In this document: in pieces, positions 9,800 through 18,143 of the stretch
Numbering within the stretch: position 1 is the first letter of the stretch
Layout: the number at the start of each line of letters is the position of its first letter
From: Bacteroidota bacterium
GTDB lineage: Bacteria > Bacteroidota > Bacteroidia > UKL13-3
DNA length: 64,000 nucleotides
Reading direction: 5' to 3'
NCBI GenBank assembly: GCA_037141455.1
Contig: JBAXCN010000006.1
Coordinates: 2,156-66,155, forward strand
Translations under genes and position numbers: made by a program
The notes under the pieces: model-generated
What the model was told of the DNA's origin: nothing
Seen by the model: only the letters and a program-made list of their open reading frames with translations
Databases searched by the model: none

Positions 9800-10201
9800 T
9801 TATTTTTTATGCGCTAATTCTTTATTAAACCTGATAGGCGAAAAGAAGTGGAGATAAAAAATTCGAGCATACCTGTAAGTAAATGGCATAGACAAAAACA
9901 TAACAGTAAAAATTGGGATTATAAATCCCCAAAAACCAGCTTTTGCTCCAAATAACACCAAAACCAATGCCCCTACTACCAACATAATGCCAGTAGTTAT
10001 GGCATAACTCACATACATTGCTCCCCAAAAATACCCAGGTTCTAATTCGAATCTTAAACCGCAAAAAGGGCAGGTTACGAACATTTCAGTAAATTTATTT
10101 AACTTAATAACTGAGTATTTAAACATTTTTCCACTTTGGCATTGCGGACATTTGCCTTTAGTTGCTGCTAGCAGTTTATTTGGCTCAAATTGATTACACA
10201 T
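9800..10201 (-). CDS. DUF983 family membrane protein (probable start 10201)
   Basis: CPQC...CPFCG..FELEPGYFWGAMYVSY followed by two TM segments. Confidence 0.85.
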   Translation of the reverse strand: MCNQFEPNKLLAATKGKCPQCQSGKMFKYSVIKLNKFTEMFVTCPFCGLRFELEPGYFWGAMYVSYAITTGIMLVVGALVLVLFGAKAGFWGFIIPIFTVMFLSMPFTYRYARIFYLHFFSPIRFNKELAHKK

Positions 10202-10205
10202 GGTT

Positions 10206-10466
10206 TTAGTTTTTTTGCAATAATTTCTTTTTAGCCCTGATATTTCTGATGTATAAAAACACAAAAATCATTGCTAACAAGTAAGGAAAAATAAATAGGT
10301 AAATAATTCCATTGTTTAAGGTGTTTCCAACTGTTGTGCTTCCATCGGCCCTGGCAGATGCAAGCGATTGTTTACACATGGGGCATTGAGCAATGGATGA
10401 AAAAGGAAGTGAAATTGTAAAATAAAATACTATTAATAGTGTTGTTATTATTTTGTTTTTCATCAT
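10206..10466 (-). CDS. Small conserved membrane protein with AQCPMCK motif
   Basis: Signal peptide, AQCxMC, LNNGIIYL and a TM segment; TACTTTTG -7 element at 10468-10475. Confidence 0.75.
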   Translation of the reverse strand: MMKNKIITTLLIVFYFTISLPFSSIAQCPMCKQSLASARADGSTTVGNTLNNGIIYLFIFPYLLAMIFVFLYIRNIRAKKKLLQKN

Positions 10467-10532
10467 GCAAAAGTATTTTAATATTAATAGTTATGTGTTT
10501 CTATTTGAATGATTTTTATCGCTGAAATAGAA

Positions 10533-10810
10533 AGCTGGCAATTGGCTGCTGGCAACTGGCTGCTGGCTTCTAGCAATTGGCTGCTGGCAAAAGTTCTATT
10601 GCCGTTTGGCTTTAGCCAACGGAAATGAAAAAGGTGCAGCAACAATTCCCTCACGCTTATGGCGTGATTGGCTGGCTTTGCGTGGCGAAGGGTGCCGAAA
10701 GCTTTCGGTATGGGGGATGTTTTTTGAAATTGCAATTGGCAACTGGCTGCTGGCTTCTTGTAATTGGCTGCAGGCAACTAGCTTCTGGCTTCTAGCAAAA
10801 GTTCTATTTC
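10533..10810. repeat. Composite repeat: two direct GCTGGCA/T heptamer arrays ending in GCAAAAGTTCTATT that enclose REP-like hairpins
   Basis: Arrays at about 10533-10600 and 10733-10810; CCGTTTGGCtttaGCCAACGG and CCGAAAGCTTTCGG between them. Confidence 0.75.
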
Positions 10811-11015
10811 GCCCTTGTTGTTGTTTAGCAAAGCGTAACCAACAAGAAAACTTGTAGTTATTTTTAAAACAAATGAATATAATTGTAAAAGTAAAAAACG
10901 CTTACGAGTTGCGCAAAGCAAATTACATTTTGGTGAATTGGGGGAAGGTTTTAGTTAAAAACATTCAGAGATAAGTTAGTTGGTAAGCATGAAAATCAGA
11001 CTGTCATAATTTGTA

Positions 11016-11579
11016 ATGAATAAAACACTATTTATAATATTATACTTAACAACCGTATTGACAATTTACGGACAAAATCAATTTCCTAAATTTACCTATC
11101 AGTCAGTTTATGGAGACACCATTTCAAATAAAACATTATTAAATAAATCAACATTAATTGTTGTGGGTCACATATCATGTCCAGGAATGTTATTTTTACT
11201 TAGAGACATTCAGAAAGCTAACATAGATACAGTTCAAGTTATTCTATTGTTAGAGAACACGAAGGAGCAAGTTTTAGCATTCAACATAAATGACACCAAT
11301 GACATTTGGGGGCTTCAAAGACACAGCTTAAGAATTAAGCCAATAGAATTTCCTACAGTGACTTTCTGTGATAAGGAAAAACTTGGTAAAAAACAAGACG
11401 GAACTGTTATAATAAAATCACAGTGTAATAAACTAAAAATTAAATATGGAGCATTTGAGGTTCCAAAAATCTATGCCATCAATAACTACGGACAAATTAT
11501 TACTAAGCAGACAGGTTGGTACTATAAATTGACAGATCCGAAAAAAACCATTTTGCAACTTTTTAAAACAAAACAATGA
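11016..11579 (+). CDS. Secreted hypothetical protein, thioredoxin/peroxiredoxin-like fold
   Basis: Signal peptide; FPKFTYQSV.GDTI, HISCPG and VPKIYAIN.YGQI motifs. Confidence 0.65.
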   Translation: MNKTLFIILYLTTVLTIYGQNQFPKFTYQSVYGDTISNKTLLNKSTLIVVGHISCPGMLFLLRDIQKANIDTVQVILLLENTKEQVLAFNINDTNDIWGLQRHSLRIKPIEFPTVTFCDKEKLGKKQDGTVIIKSQCNKLKIKYGAFEVPKIYAINNYGQIITKQTGWYYKLTDPKKTILQLFKTKQ

Positions 11580-11594
11580 GAACAATGAGAATGT

Positions 11595-11730
11595 CAGCAC
11601 CTAAAACGAATTTTTCAAAAGTGGCTGTTAAGTGGGACTATGACACATTTGTGGTTAATCAAATATTGGGTTTTCTTCATAAGCGTTTGTGTTGAAAATC
11701 GCCAACTTCAGGTAGCTCCAAATCATTAAA
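11595..11730 (+). repeat. Degenerate attC-like/cassette-associated long imperfect palindrome
   Basis: AAGTGGC...GCCAACTT arms and ACACATTTGTGGTTAATCAAA core; resembles, from memory, the TAAC...GTTA repeats that follow orphan genes in Bacteroidota. Confidence 0.5.
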
Positions 11731-11761
11731 CCCTAGATTTTCTCTTTTTATCCCTAATTCA

Positions 11762-14218
11762 TCACAGGGCATCCACATCAATTTGAACAATTAATTGATT
11801 GAAAATTTTGTTTTCATACAGTTTTGCAATCTGCTGCTTTATATGGCTTTTAAGCGAAGGAAGTCTTTTATCGCCCCTATCTATTTTTACTAAAAATTCT
11901 TTTATATAATAATTTCTAATTCTGCTTACATAAGGGTTAGCTGGCCCAAGTAAATTATGCCCAAAAGTATTATTCAATAATGAATGCAATATGTTTGCTG
12001 CTTCTTCGCAATATTTATAATCTTTATGCCTTAAATTTATTTTAATAATTCTTTCAAAAGGAGGAAATAAAAACTGCGCCCTGTCTTGTATTTCTCTGTT
12101 ATAAAGCGTTTCAAAATCGTGGTCAATTACCGATAAAATAACAGGATGATTTGGTGAACTAGTTTGTATCACTACCCTGCCTTGCTTATTGCGCCTTCCT
12201 CCCCTGCCACTTACTTGTTCTATTAATTGAAATGCTCTTTCATTGGCTCTAAAATCTGGAAAAAACAGTAACTGGTCTGCATTTATTACGCCTACTAAAG
12301 TTACATTATCAAAATCCAAACCTTTAGTAACCATTTGTGTCCCTATCATTATGTCAAATTTATGTTCAGCAAAATCTTTTATAATTGCTTCATGTCCATT
12401 TTTACCCTTCGTTGTATCTTGGTCGAACCTCGATACACGAGCAGTTGGAAACAAAATAGCCAATTCATCTTCAATTTTCTCTGTTCCAAATCCTTTAAAG
12501 CTTAGGGTATTGCTTCCGCAAGCCGAACAAACATCGGGAAGTTTTTGTGTAAAGCCACAGTAATGGCATTTCAATGAATCAATAAATTTGTGGTAGGTTA
12601 AACTTATATCGCAATTTTGGCATTTTGGTAACCATTGGCAATTGTCACATTCATATATTGGACTATATCCCCTTCGGTTTTGAAACAAAATAACTTGTTC
12701 GTTTTTAGCTAATGTTTGCTTTATTTCATTCACTAAAATGGAGGTAAAGTTACCTTGAATGGTTTTATTCTTTTTTTCTTCCGCTATATTAGCTGTAATT
12801 ATTTTGGGCAATTCTATCTCACCATGACGGGTATTTAAATTTACCAATCCAAACAAACCTTTTTTAGCATTAAAATAGCTTTCAAAACTGGGTGTTGCAC
12901 TTCCTAAAACTAACTTAGCATTGTATATTTTACTCAATACTACCACTGAGTCTCGGGCATGGTACCTGGGTGCAGGTTCATTTTGCTTAAAAGTAGTTTC
13001 GTGCTCTTCATCAACTATGGTTAGCCCTAAATTTGCAAAAGGTAAAAAAATAGCACTCCTTGCTCCTATTACTATTTTTATTTCATTGCTTTTTACTTTG
13101 TTCCAAATTTCAACACGTTCATTGTCGCCAATTCTGTTATGAAATGCTTCACATTTTTCGCCAAAATATTTCCTTATTCTATGTATAATTTGCGAAGTAA
13201 TTGCTATTTCGGGCAAAAGGTATAAAACTTGCTTTCCTTGGTTTAAAGCCTGTTCAATTAAACGAACATAAACATGCGTTTTTCCGCTTGAAGTAACCCC
13301 TTTTAATAGCACTACATCGGTAGTTTCAAAGTGTTTGTTTATTTCATTTAACGCTATGTGCTGATCGTTGTTTAACTCAAAAGTTTCAATCTTGTGTTTA
13401 TCAAACAATATTCTATCAACTGCTATTTCATATTCTTCAAATACGCCATTTTTTACCAGTGTTTGAATGGCAGAAGCACTGATATTTTCTTTTTTTAGTA
13501 AGTCTGCTTTTAAAACTACAGGTTTTTGTTGTTTTAAATGCAAATAAGAAAGTAAAGCAGTTAGCTGTTTTTCCTTTTTTTCTAATAAATCAAAAAGTAG
13601 TTTTACGTTTTCTTCGTTGTTTTCGTAGGTGTTTGTAAGTTTTATGCAGGCTACAAGCTTTTCTTTGTATTTATTTTTAATGTCTTCATTTATAATAATT
13701 GCTTCTTTTATAACCAAGCTTTTTATATAAGGTAAAACATTTTTTAAATTTAAAATTTGCTGAATATTTTCAATTGTTAATTCATGCTGAACAGAAAGTG
13801 CTTCTATAATCAAAAACTCTTTATCATCGAGCGGAGTTGCCACATCAAATTCGGGATTAGCAATTATTTTACTTGCACTTTGCAGTTTAAGCATAGCTGG
13901 CAAAGCAGCTTGCATAACATCGCCCATGTTGCATAAATAATATTCGCTAATCCATTTCCAAAATTTTAATTGTTGTATAAAAATAATGGGCTCATCATCT
14001 AAAATAGATAAAATATATTTTGCAGTGTAATCTTTTGGAGGAATACTGTGAACATTGGCAACTATAGCTGAATAAACTTTACTTTTTCCAAACTGAACCG
14101 ATACTCTTTTACCTAATTCTATTTGGTCAGTTATTTCGTCAGCTACCCTATAAGTATATAATTTTGGAACATATAAAGGCAATATAACATCAACAAATGT
14201 TGCAAACGATTCGCTCAT
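11762..14218 (-). CDS. priA: Primosomal protein N' (replication restart helicase)
   Basis: GVTSSGKT, LLPEI, VDEEHE, QNRRGY, four CxxC pairs and GTQMVTKGLDF. Confidence 0.97.
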   Translation of the reverse strand: MSESFATFVDVILPLYVPKLYTYRVADEITDQIELGKRVSVQFGKSKVYSAIVANVHSIPPKDYTAKYILSILDDEPIIFIQQLKFWKWISEYYLCNMGDVMQAALPAMLKLQSASKIIANPEFDVATPLDDKEFLIIEALSVQHELTIENIQQILNLKNVLPYIKSLVIKEAIIINEDIKNKYKEKLVACIKLTNTYENNEENVKLLFDLLEKKEKQLTALLSYLHLKQQKPVVLKADLLKKENISASAIQTLVKNGVFEEYEIAVDRILFDKHKIETFELNNDQHIALNEINKHFETTDVVLLKGVTSSGKTHVYVRLIEQALNQGKQVLYLLPEIAITSQIIHRIRKYFGEKCEAFHNRIGDNERVEIWNKVKSNEIKIVIGARSAIFLPFANLGLTIVDEEHETTFKQNEPAPRYHARDSVVVLSKIYNAKLVLGSATPSFESYFNAKKGLFGLVNLNTRHGEIELPKIITANIAEEKKNKTIQGNFTSILVNEIKQTLAKNEQVILFQNRRGYSPIYECDNCQWLPKCQNCDISLTYHKFIDSLKCHYCGFTQKLPDVCSACGSNTLSFKGFGTEKIEDELAILFPTARVSRFDQDTTKGKNGHEAIIKDFAEHKFDIMIGTQMVTKGLDFDNVTLVGVINADQLLFFPDFRANERAFQLIEQVSGRGGRRNKQGRVVIQTSSPNHPVILSVIDHDFETLYNREIQDRAQFLFPPFERIIKINLRHKDYKYCEEAANILHSLLNNTFGHNLLGPANPYVSRIRNYYIKEFLVKIDRGDKRLPSLKSHIKQQIAKLYENKIFNQLIVQIDVDAL

Positions 14219-14234
14219 TAATTAATAGAAAAAA

Positions 14235-14693
14235 TTATATTCCAAATTGGGTAAAATGATGGTCAATATGCTTATAATACATATTACTCCATTCGTTTGC
14301 AGTTAATTTTCCAACAGAATTACTTACTCTTCCTTCGTAAAAAGTTACTCCATTATTTTGGCTTTCTAAAATATTATCAATTAAACTTTTTTTCTCTTTT
14401 TCAAAATCCTTTTCTGATGAAATTAAGAAAATTGGAGCCGTTCTTGAGTTTTTGTTATATGGTTTTTCATTTACCAATATTGGTTTTAAAAAAAGTTTTA
14501 ACATAAACTTCATTAATGCAGGAGTTTCCGTTTTTATTTTACCTGAATCAATATCGTATGCTACATTTAAATGTGAAAGCATTTGGGCGGCATTCATTTT
14601 GCCACACAATGGTTGGGTTGTGTTAGTTAGTTTATTTAATCTTTCTAAAATAGTTTCAGTGGTTTTAGCTTCAAAAATACTTGGTAATGCCAT
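14235..14693 (-). CDS. DUF1569 (DinB-like) protein
   Basis: GKMNAAQMLSH and YKHIDHHFTQFG motifs. Confidence 0.88.
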   Translation of the reverse strand: MALPSIFEAKTTETILERLNKLTNTTQPLCGKMNAAQMLSHLNVAYDIDSGKIKTETPALMKFMLKLFLKPILVNEKPYNKNSRTAPIFLISSEKDFEKEKKSLIDNILESQNNGVTFYEGRVSNSVGKLTANEWSNMYYKHIDHHFTQFGI

Positions 14694-14718
14694 ATTTATT
14701 TTGGGGTTTATAAAAAAT

Positions 14719-14753
14719 AAAAGGCAAATATAACTAAATACATTTGCCCTTTT
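14719..14753 (-). terminator. Intrinsic terminator
   Basis: aaaaGGCAAAT...ATTTGCCctttt. Confidence 0.6.
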
Positions 14754-14791
14754 AAAATAGATTATTTTTGTTTTATAAATTTAATATTGTT

Positions 14792-16792
14792 TTAAAATAA
14801 CAAGATTTTTTTAACAATTACACCTTCATTATTTGAAATATTTAAAATGTAAATGCCTCTATTTTGATTGGTTAAATCAATTTTAAAATCAGTTTTATTG
14901 TTTTCAATTTTAAAATTCATCAACTCTTTTCCACTCAATTCAGTTATTGAAACCATTGATTCAATACTTTGATTGTTATACACTTTTACATTAAATATTC
15001 CATTTGATGGGTTTGGAAATATTTCTAAATTTAATTTGTTTTTAGAAAAATTATTGATAGAATTGGTAGAGTGGTTTATTTTAACAAAGCCAGCCCCACC
15101 AGTGTTATAATAACTTCCAGAAGGAGTAGTTTCTAGTTTAATGGCTTTAACTGTATAGGTAAAAGTGCCGTTATTAAAGTTTTGATTGTCTACAAAAAAA
15201 GTATCGGTTACAGTATTTGTATTTAATTTACTGTAAATATTATTAACTGTATCCACTCTGTAAATGGCGTATCCATCTATATTTCCTTGAACTGAACTCC
15301 AGTTTAAAAACACGTAATTAGATTTACTTTCAGCATTTACTTGATTTACTGTTCCTATATTTCTCATTTTTAAAGTAGGGTCGCCCATTAAAGCAATATG
15401 AACAGAATTACTAGAACTATTAAAGCCACCATTAAAATAAAAATTAGTATTATTTTGGGTAATTTTAGCGCCATAACCAATATTCATTCCTAAACCCATG
15501 TGGTGAACAAACCATTTTGGAATTCCACCCCAAAAACTAGCCAATGACGATTGAGCCAGAGGCGCTTTTAAAAAATTATTTGCAATATCCCAATCGCCAA
15601 AATAACTTCCTGAAAGCATTGTGAAGATATTTTTAAACGAATCGTTTACAAAATTAGTAGTGTTACCAATGCCGTTGCATGAAGTATAACTTCCAGCCCC
15701 ACAGCCAAAACTCCATAAATACGAACCGTTTTTTTGAGAAACCATATAATCTCTATTATTAAAAATACTGTCACTTTTTATTAAAGTTGAAAAGTTATTA
15801 TAACCAGTTGATGAAAGGTTTAACGATGTAAAGTTATCATCAATCAAAGCTCTTTCAATTACTTGTGTTTTTCCTGTTCGCCAATTATTATTTCTGTTTA
15901 AATAATTTATTGTTAAAATCGTATCCGACTTATTAAAGCTACTCATTCCAAAAAAATCTACTCTTCCAAGTTCTAAATCAATATAATTTGGGATTTTAGT
16001 TTGATCGAACTTACCATCATCAGGTAAATTGTGGTGTCTGGTTTGAGTTCCTGTAGTACAAGTAACATTGTTGTCTGTCCAGCCTGTATTTATCATATCG
16101 GCATAATACACATCGGCAGGCCAAGCACCAGTATGGTTACCACTTCCCTCCACATGTCCATCAGGTGGTGGAGCTTCGCCCAATGATGAAAAAAAGCCAG
16201 AGTATGGAACAGGCACATGCCCAATAATAAATAAAGTCTTCACTTTTCTGTTTAAGCCTGTGTAAGTTGATGTTATTCTGCTTTTAATGTTTAATACATT
16301 TTCTTTTCTTCCGGCATACAGCACAACTACTTTATACCCTTCATTTTTTAAATTATTAACTAATTGTTGAATTTGAGCAGCAACAGGAATAATAAAATTG
16401 CTATCAATCAATAAAATTAAACCATCAAAAGCCATCGGCTCTTTTAGTTTATTACCTGCATAAATGTATCCTAAGCTTTCTGTAACATTGGCTGAACTAA
16501 CTTTTGCTACTGTGTATTCAAATGCTTCACCTTCTTTAACTATGCTATCGGTAAAACCGTTTGTGTTACCTGCAACAGTGGCATAAGGTAAAGTTCCCCA
16601 TTCTTCAGTACTTAGCGAAACTCTCTTATAAATTTCGTACCTGCCAGTAAAATTTAATTGTGGCCAATTTATTCGAATTCCATTTGAGCCTATAGCATTA
16701 GAATTAATCATTAAAGCCTGATTTTTCCCTGTTTGACCGTAACTTAAAATACTAAAAGCAAGTAAAATTAAAAGTAAAAATTTGTGTTTCAT
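14792..16792 (-). CDS. T9SS-secreted protein: FN3-like domains flanking a peptidase C25-like (gingipain-fold) core
   Basis: Signal peptide; FIIGHVPVPY, ADVYYADM and LELGRVD motifs; CTD IFPNPSNG...GIYILNI...KKILLF. Confidence 0.75.
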   Translation of the reverse strand: MKHKFLLLILLAFSILSYGQTGKNQALMINSNAIGSNGIRINWPQLNFTGRYEIYKRVSLSTEEWGTLPYATVAGNTNGFTDSIVKEGEAFEYTVAKVSSANVTESLGYIYAGNKLKEPMAFDGLILLIDSNFIIPVAAQIQQLVNNLKNEGYKVVVLYAGRKENVLNIKSRITSTYTGLNRKVKTLFIIGHVPVPYSGFFSSLGEAPPPDGHVEGSGNHTGAWPADVYYADMINTGWTDNNVTCTTGTQTRHHNLPDDGKFDQTKIPNYIDLELGRVDFFGMSSFNKSDTILTINYLNRNNNWRTGKTQVIERALIDDNFTSLNLSSTGYNNFSTLIKSDSIFNNRDYMVSQKNGSYLWSFGCGAGSYTSCNGIGNTTNFVNDSFKNIFTMLSGSYFGDWDIANNFLKAPLAQSSLASFWGGIPKWFVHHMGLGMNIGYGAKITQNNTNFYFNGGFNSSSNSVHIALMGDPTLKMRNIGTVNQVNAESKSNYVFLNWSSVQGNIDGYAIYRVDTVNNIYSKLNTNTVTDTFFVDNQNFNNGTFTYTVKAIKLETTPSGSYYNTGGAGFVKINHSTNSINNFSKNKLNLEIFPNPSNGIFNVKVYNNQSIESMVSITELSGKELMNFKIENNKTDFKIDLTNQNRGIYILNISNNEGVIVKKILLF

Positions 16793-16918
16793 TTTAAAAT
16801 GTTTTTTTCAAATATATAAATCTTTATATAAGTTGATATTAAATATATAATTTAATAAACAACAATTTTTGCTCTATTTGAGTTAGATTGCAAATTCATA
16901 TTTAATATAAATAAAACA

Positions 16919-17113
16919 ATGCAAGAAGGAACAGTTAAGTTTTTTGATGAAACAAAAGGCTTTGGATTTATTACAACAGAAGATGGTGGCGAAGATATTT
17001 TCGTACATTCAAAGGGCTTAATCGACAGAATAAAAGATAACGATAAGGTGCAATTTGAAACAGAAAGAGGAAAAAAAGGTATCAACGCTGTGCAAGTTCA
17101 AACAGTTAGATAA
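16919..17113 (+). CDS. Cold-shock protein (copy 1)
   Basis: GTVKFF, KGFGFI (RNP1) and DIFVH (RNP2). Confidence 0.96.
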   Translation: MQEGTVKFFDETKGFGFITTEDGGEDIFVHSKGLIDRIKDNDKVQFETERGKKGINAVQVQTVR

Positions 17114-17125
17114 TACTCTAATTTT

Positions 17126-17160
17126 AAAAAAAAGCAAGTATTTTTACTTGCTTTTTTTTT
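17126..17160 (+). terminator. Intrinsic terminator
   Basis: aaaaaaaGCAAGTA-tttt-TACTTGCtttttttt. Confidence 0.85.
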
Positions 17161-17212
17161 ATTTCAAATATTTTAACATACTTTGCGATCTCAAAATTAA
17201 TAAAATAATATA

Positions 17213-17407
17213 ATGCAAGAAGGAACAGTGAAGTTTTTTAATGAAACAAAAGGCTTCGGATTTATTTCACCAGCAGGTGGAGGAGAAGACATTTTCGTAC
17301 ATTCATCAGGTTTAATCGACAGGATTAGAGAAAACGACAAAGTAGAATTTGAAACTGAAAGAGGAAAAAAAGGTATCAATGCTGTACAAGTAAAGGTAGC
17401 TAGATAA
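17213..17407 (+). CDS. Cold-shock protein (copy 2)
   Basis: RNP1 and RNP2 motifs. Confidence 0.96.
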   Translation: MQEGTVKFFNETKGFGFISPAGGGEDIFVHSSGLIDRIRENDKVEFETERGKKGINAVQVKVAR

Positions 17408-17425
17408 TATTCTAATTTTAATTCA

Positions 17426-17458
17426 AAAAAAAGCAAGTATTTTACTTGCTTTTTTTTT
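17426..17458 (+). terminator. Intrinsic terminator, near-identical to that of copy 1
   Basis: aaaaaaaGCAAGTA-ttt-TACTTGCttttttttt. Confidence 0.85.
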
Positions 17459-17493
17459 GCAATAATTTTTTCAATTAATTACAACAATACACC

Positions 17494-17724
17494 ATGCAAG
17501 AAGGAAAAGTTATTTTTTTTAACGAAACAAAAGGATTTGGTTTTATTGTACCAACTAATGGCGGGGAAGACATTTTTGTACATTCAATAGGTTTAATTGA
17601 CAGAATTAGAGAAAATGACAAGGTAACTTTTAAAGAAGAAAGAGGAAAAAAAGGAATGAACGCATTACGTGTTCAAGTTTCTCAGAAACAATTTTTTTAT
17701 ATTCAATTCCCAAAAGGCTCATAA
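17494..17724 (+). CDS. Cold-shock protein (copy 3; diverged, 12 aa longer than the others)
   Basis: RNP1 and RNP2 motifs; reads past the paralogous stop position into its terminator. Confidence 0.9.
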   Translation: MQEGKVIFFNETKGFGFIVPTNGGEDIFVHSIGLIDRIRENDKVTFKEERGKKGMNALRVQVSQKQFFYIQFPKGS

Positions 17725-17797
17725 TTTTTATTGTAAGCCTTTTTTTATTTAAATAGTTTATTATTTTGCTAACCTAATTTTTTAAAATAATAAGATA

Positions 17798-17992
17798 ATG
17801 CAAGAAGGAACAGTTAAGTTTTTTAACGAAACAAAAGGATTTGGATTTATTGTACCAACTAATGGCGGGGAAGACATTTTTGTACATTCATCAGGCTTAA
17901 TCGACAAGATTAAAGAAAACGACAAAGTTGAATACGAAAGTGAAAGAGGCAAAAAAGGCATAAACGCTGTAAACGTAAAAGTAGTTGGATAA
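17798..17992 (+). CDS. Cold-shock protein (copy 4)
   Basis: RNP1 and RNP2 motifs. Confidence 0.96.
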   Translation: MQEGTVKFFNETKGFGFIVPTNGGEDIFVHSSGLIDKIKENDKVEYESERGKKGINAVNVKVVG

Positions 17993-18013
17993 TATAATAT
18001 ATACTATTTCAAC

Positions 18014-18048
18014 AAAAAGGCTGATAATTTGATTATCAGCCTTTTTTT
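18014..18048. terminator. Bidirectional intrinsic terminator
   Basis: aaaaaGGCTGATAAT-ttg-ATTATCAGCCttttttt. Confidence 0.88.
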
Positions 18049-18143
18049 GTGTTGTATGGGTTCCTTCTTCCGCTTTGGCGGAATCAAGATGACGTTCCCG
18101 CACGTTTGAAACGATAAAAACTTGATGTTAAACTTCTTCTCTA

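Noticed and set aside
10484-10857. ORFs 10484..10777 (-) and 10606..10857 (+)
   Set aside because: They are translations of the heptamer/REP patch with repetitive ASSQL/NWLLA peptides and no protein features.
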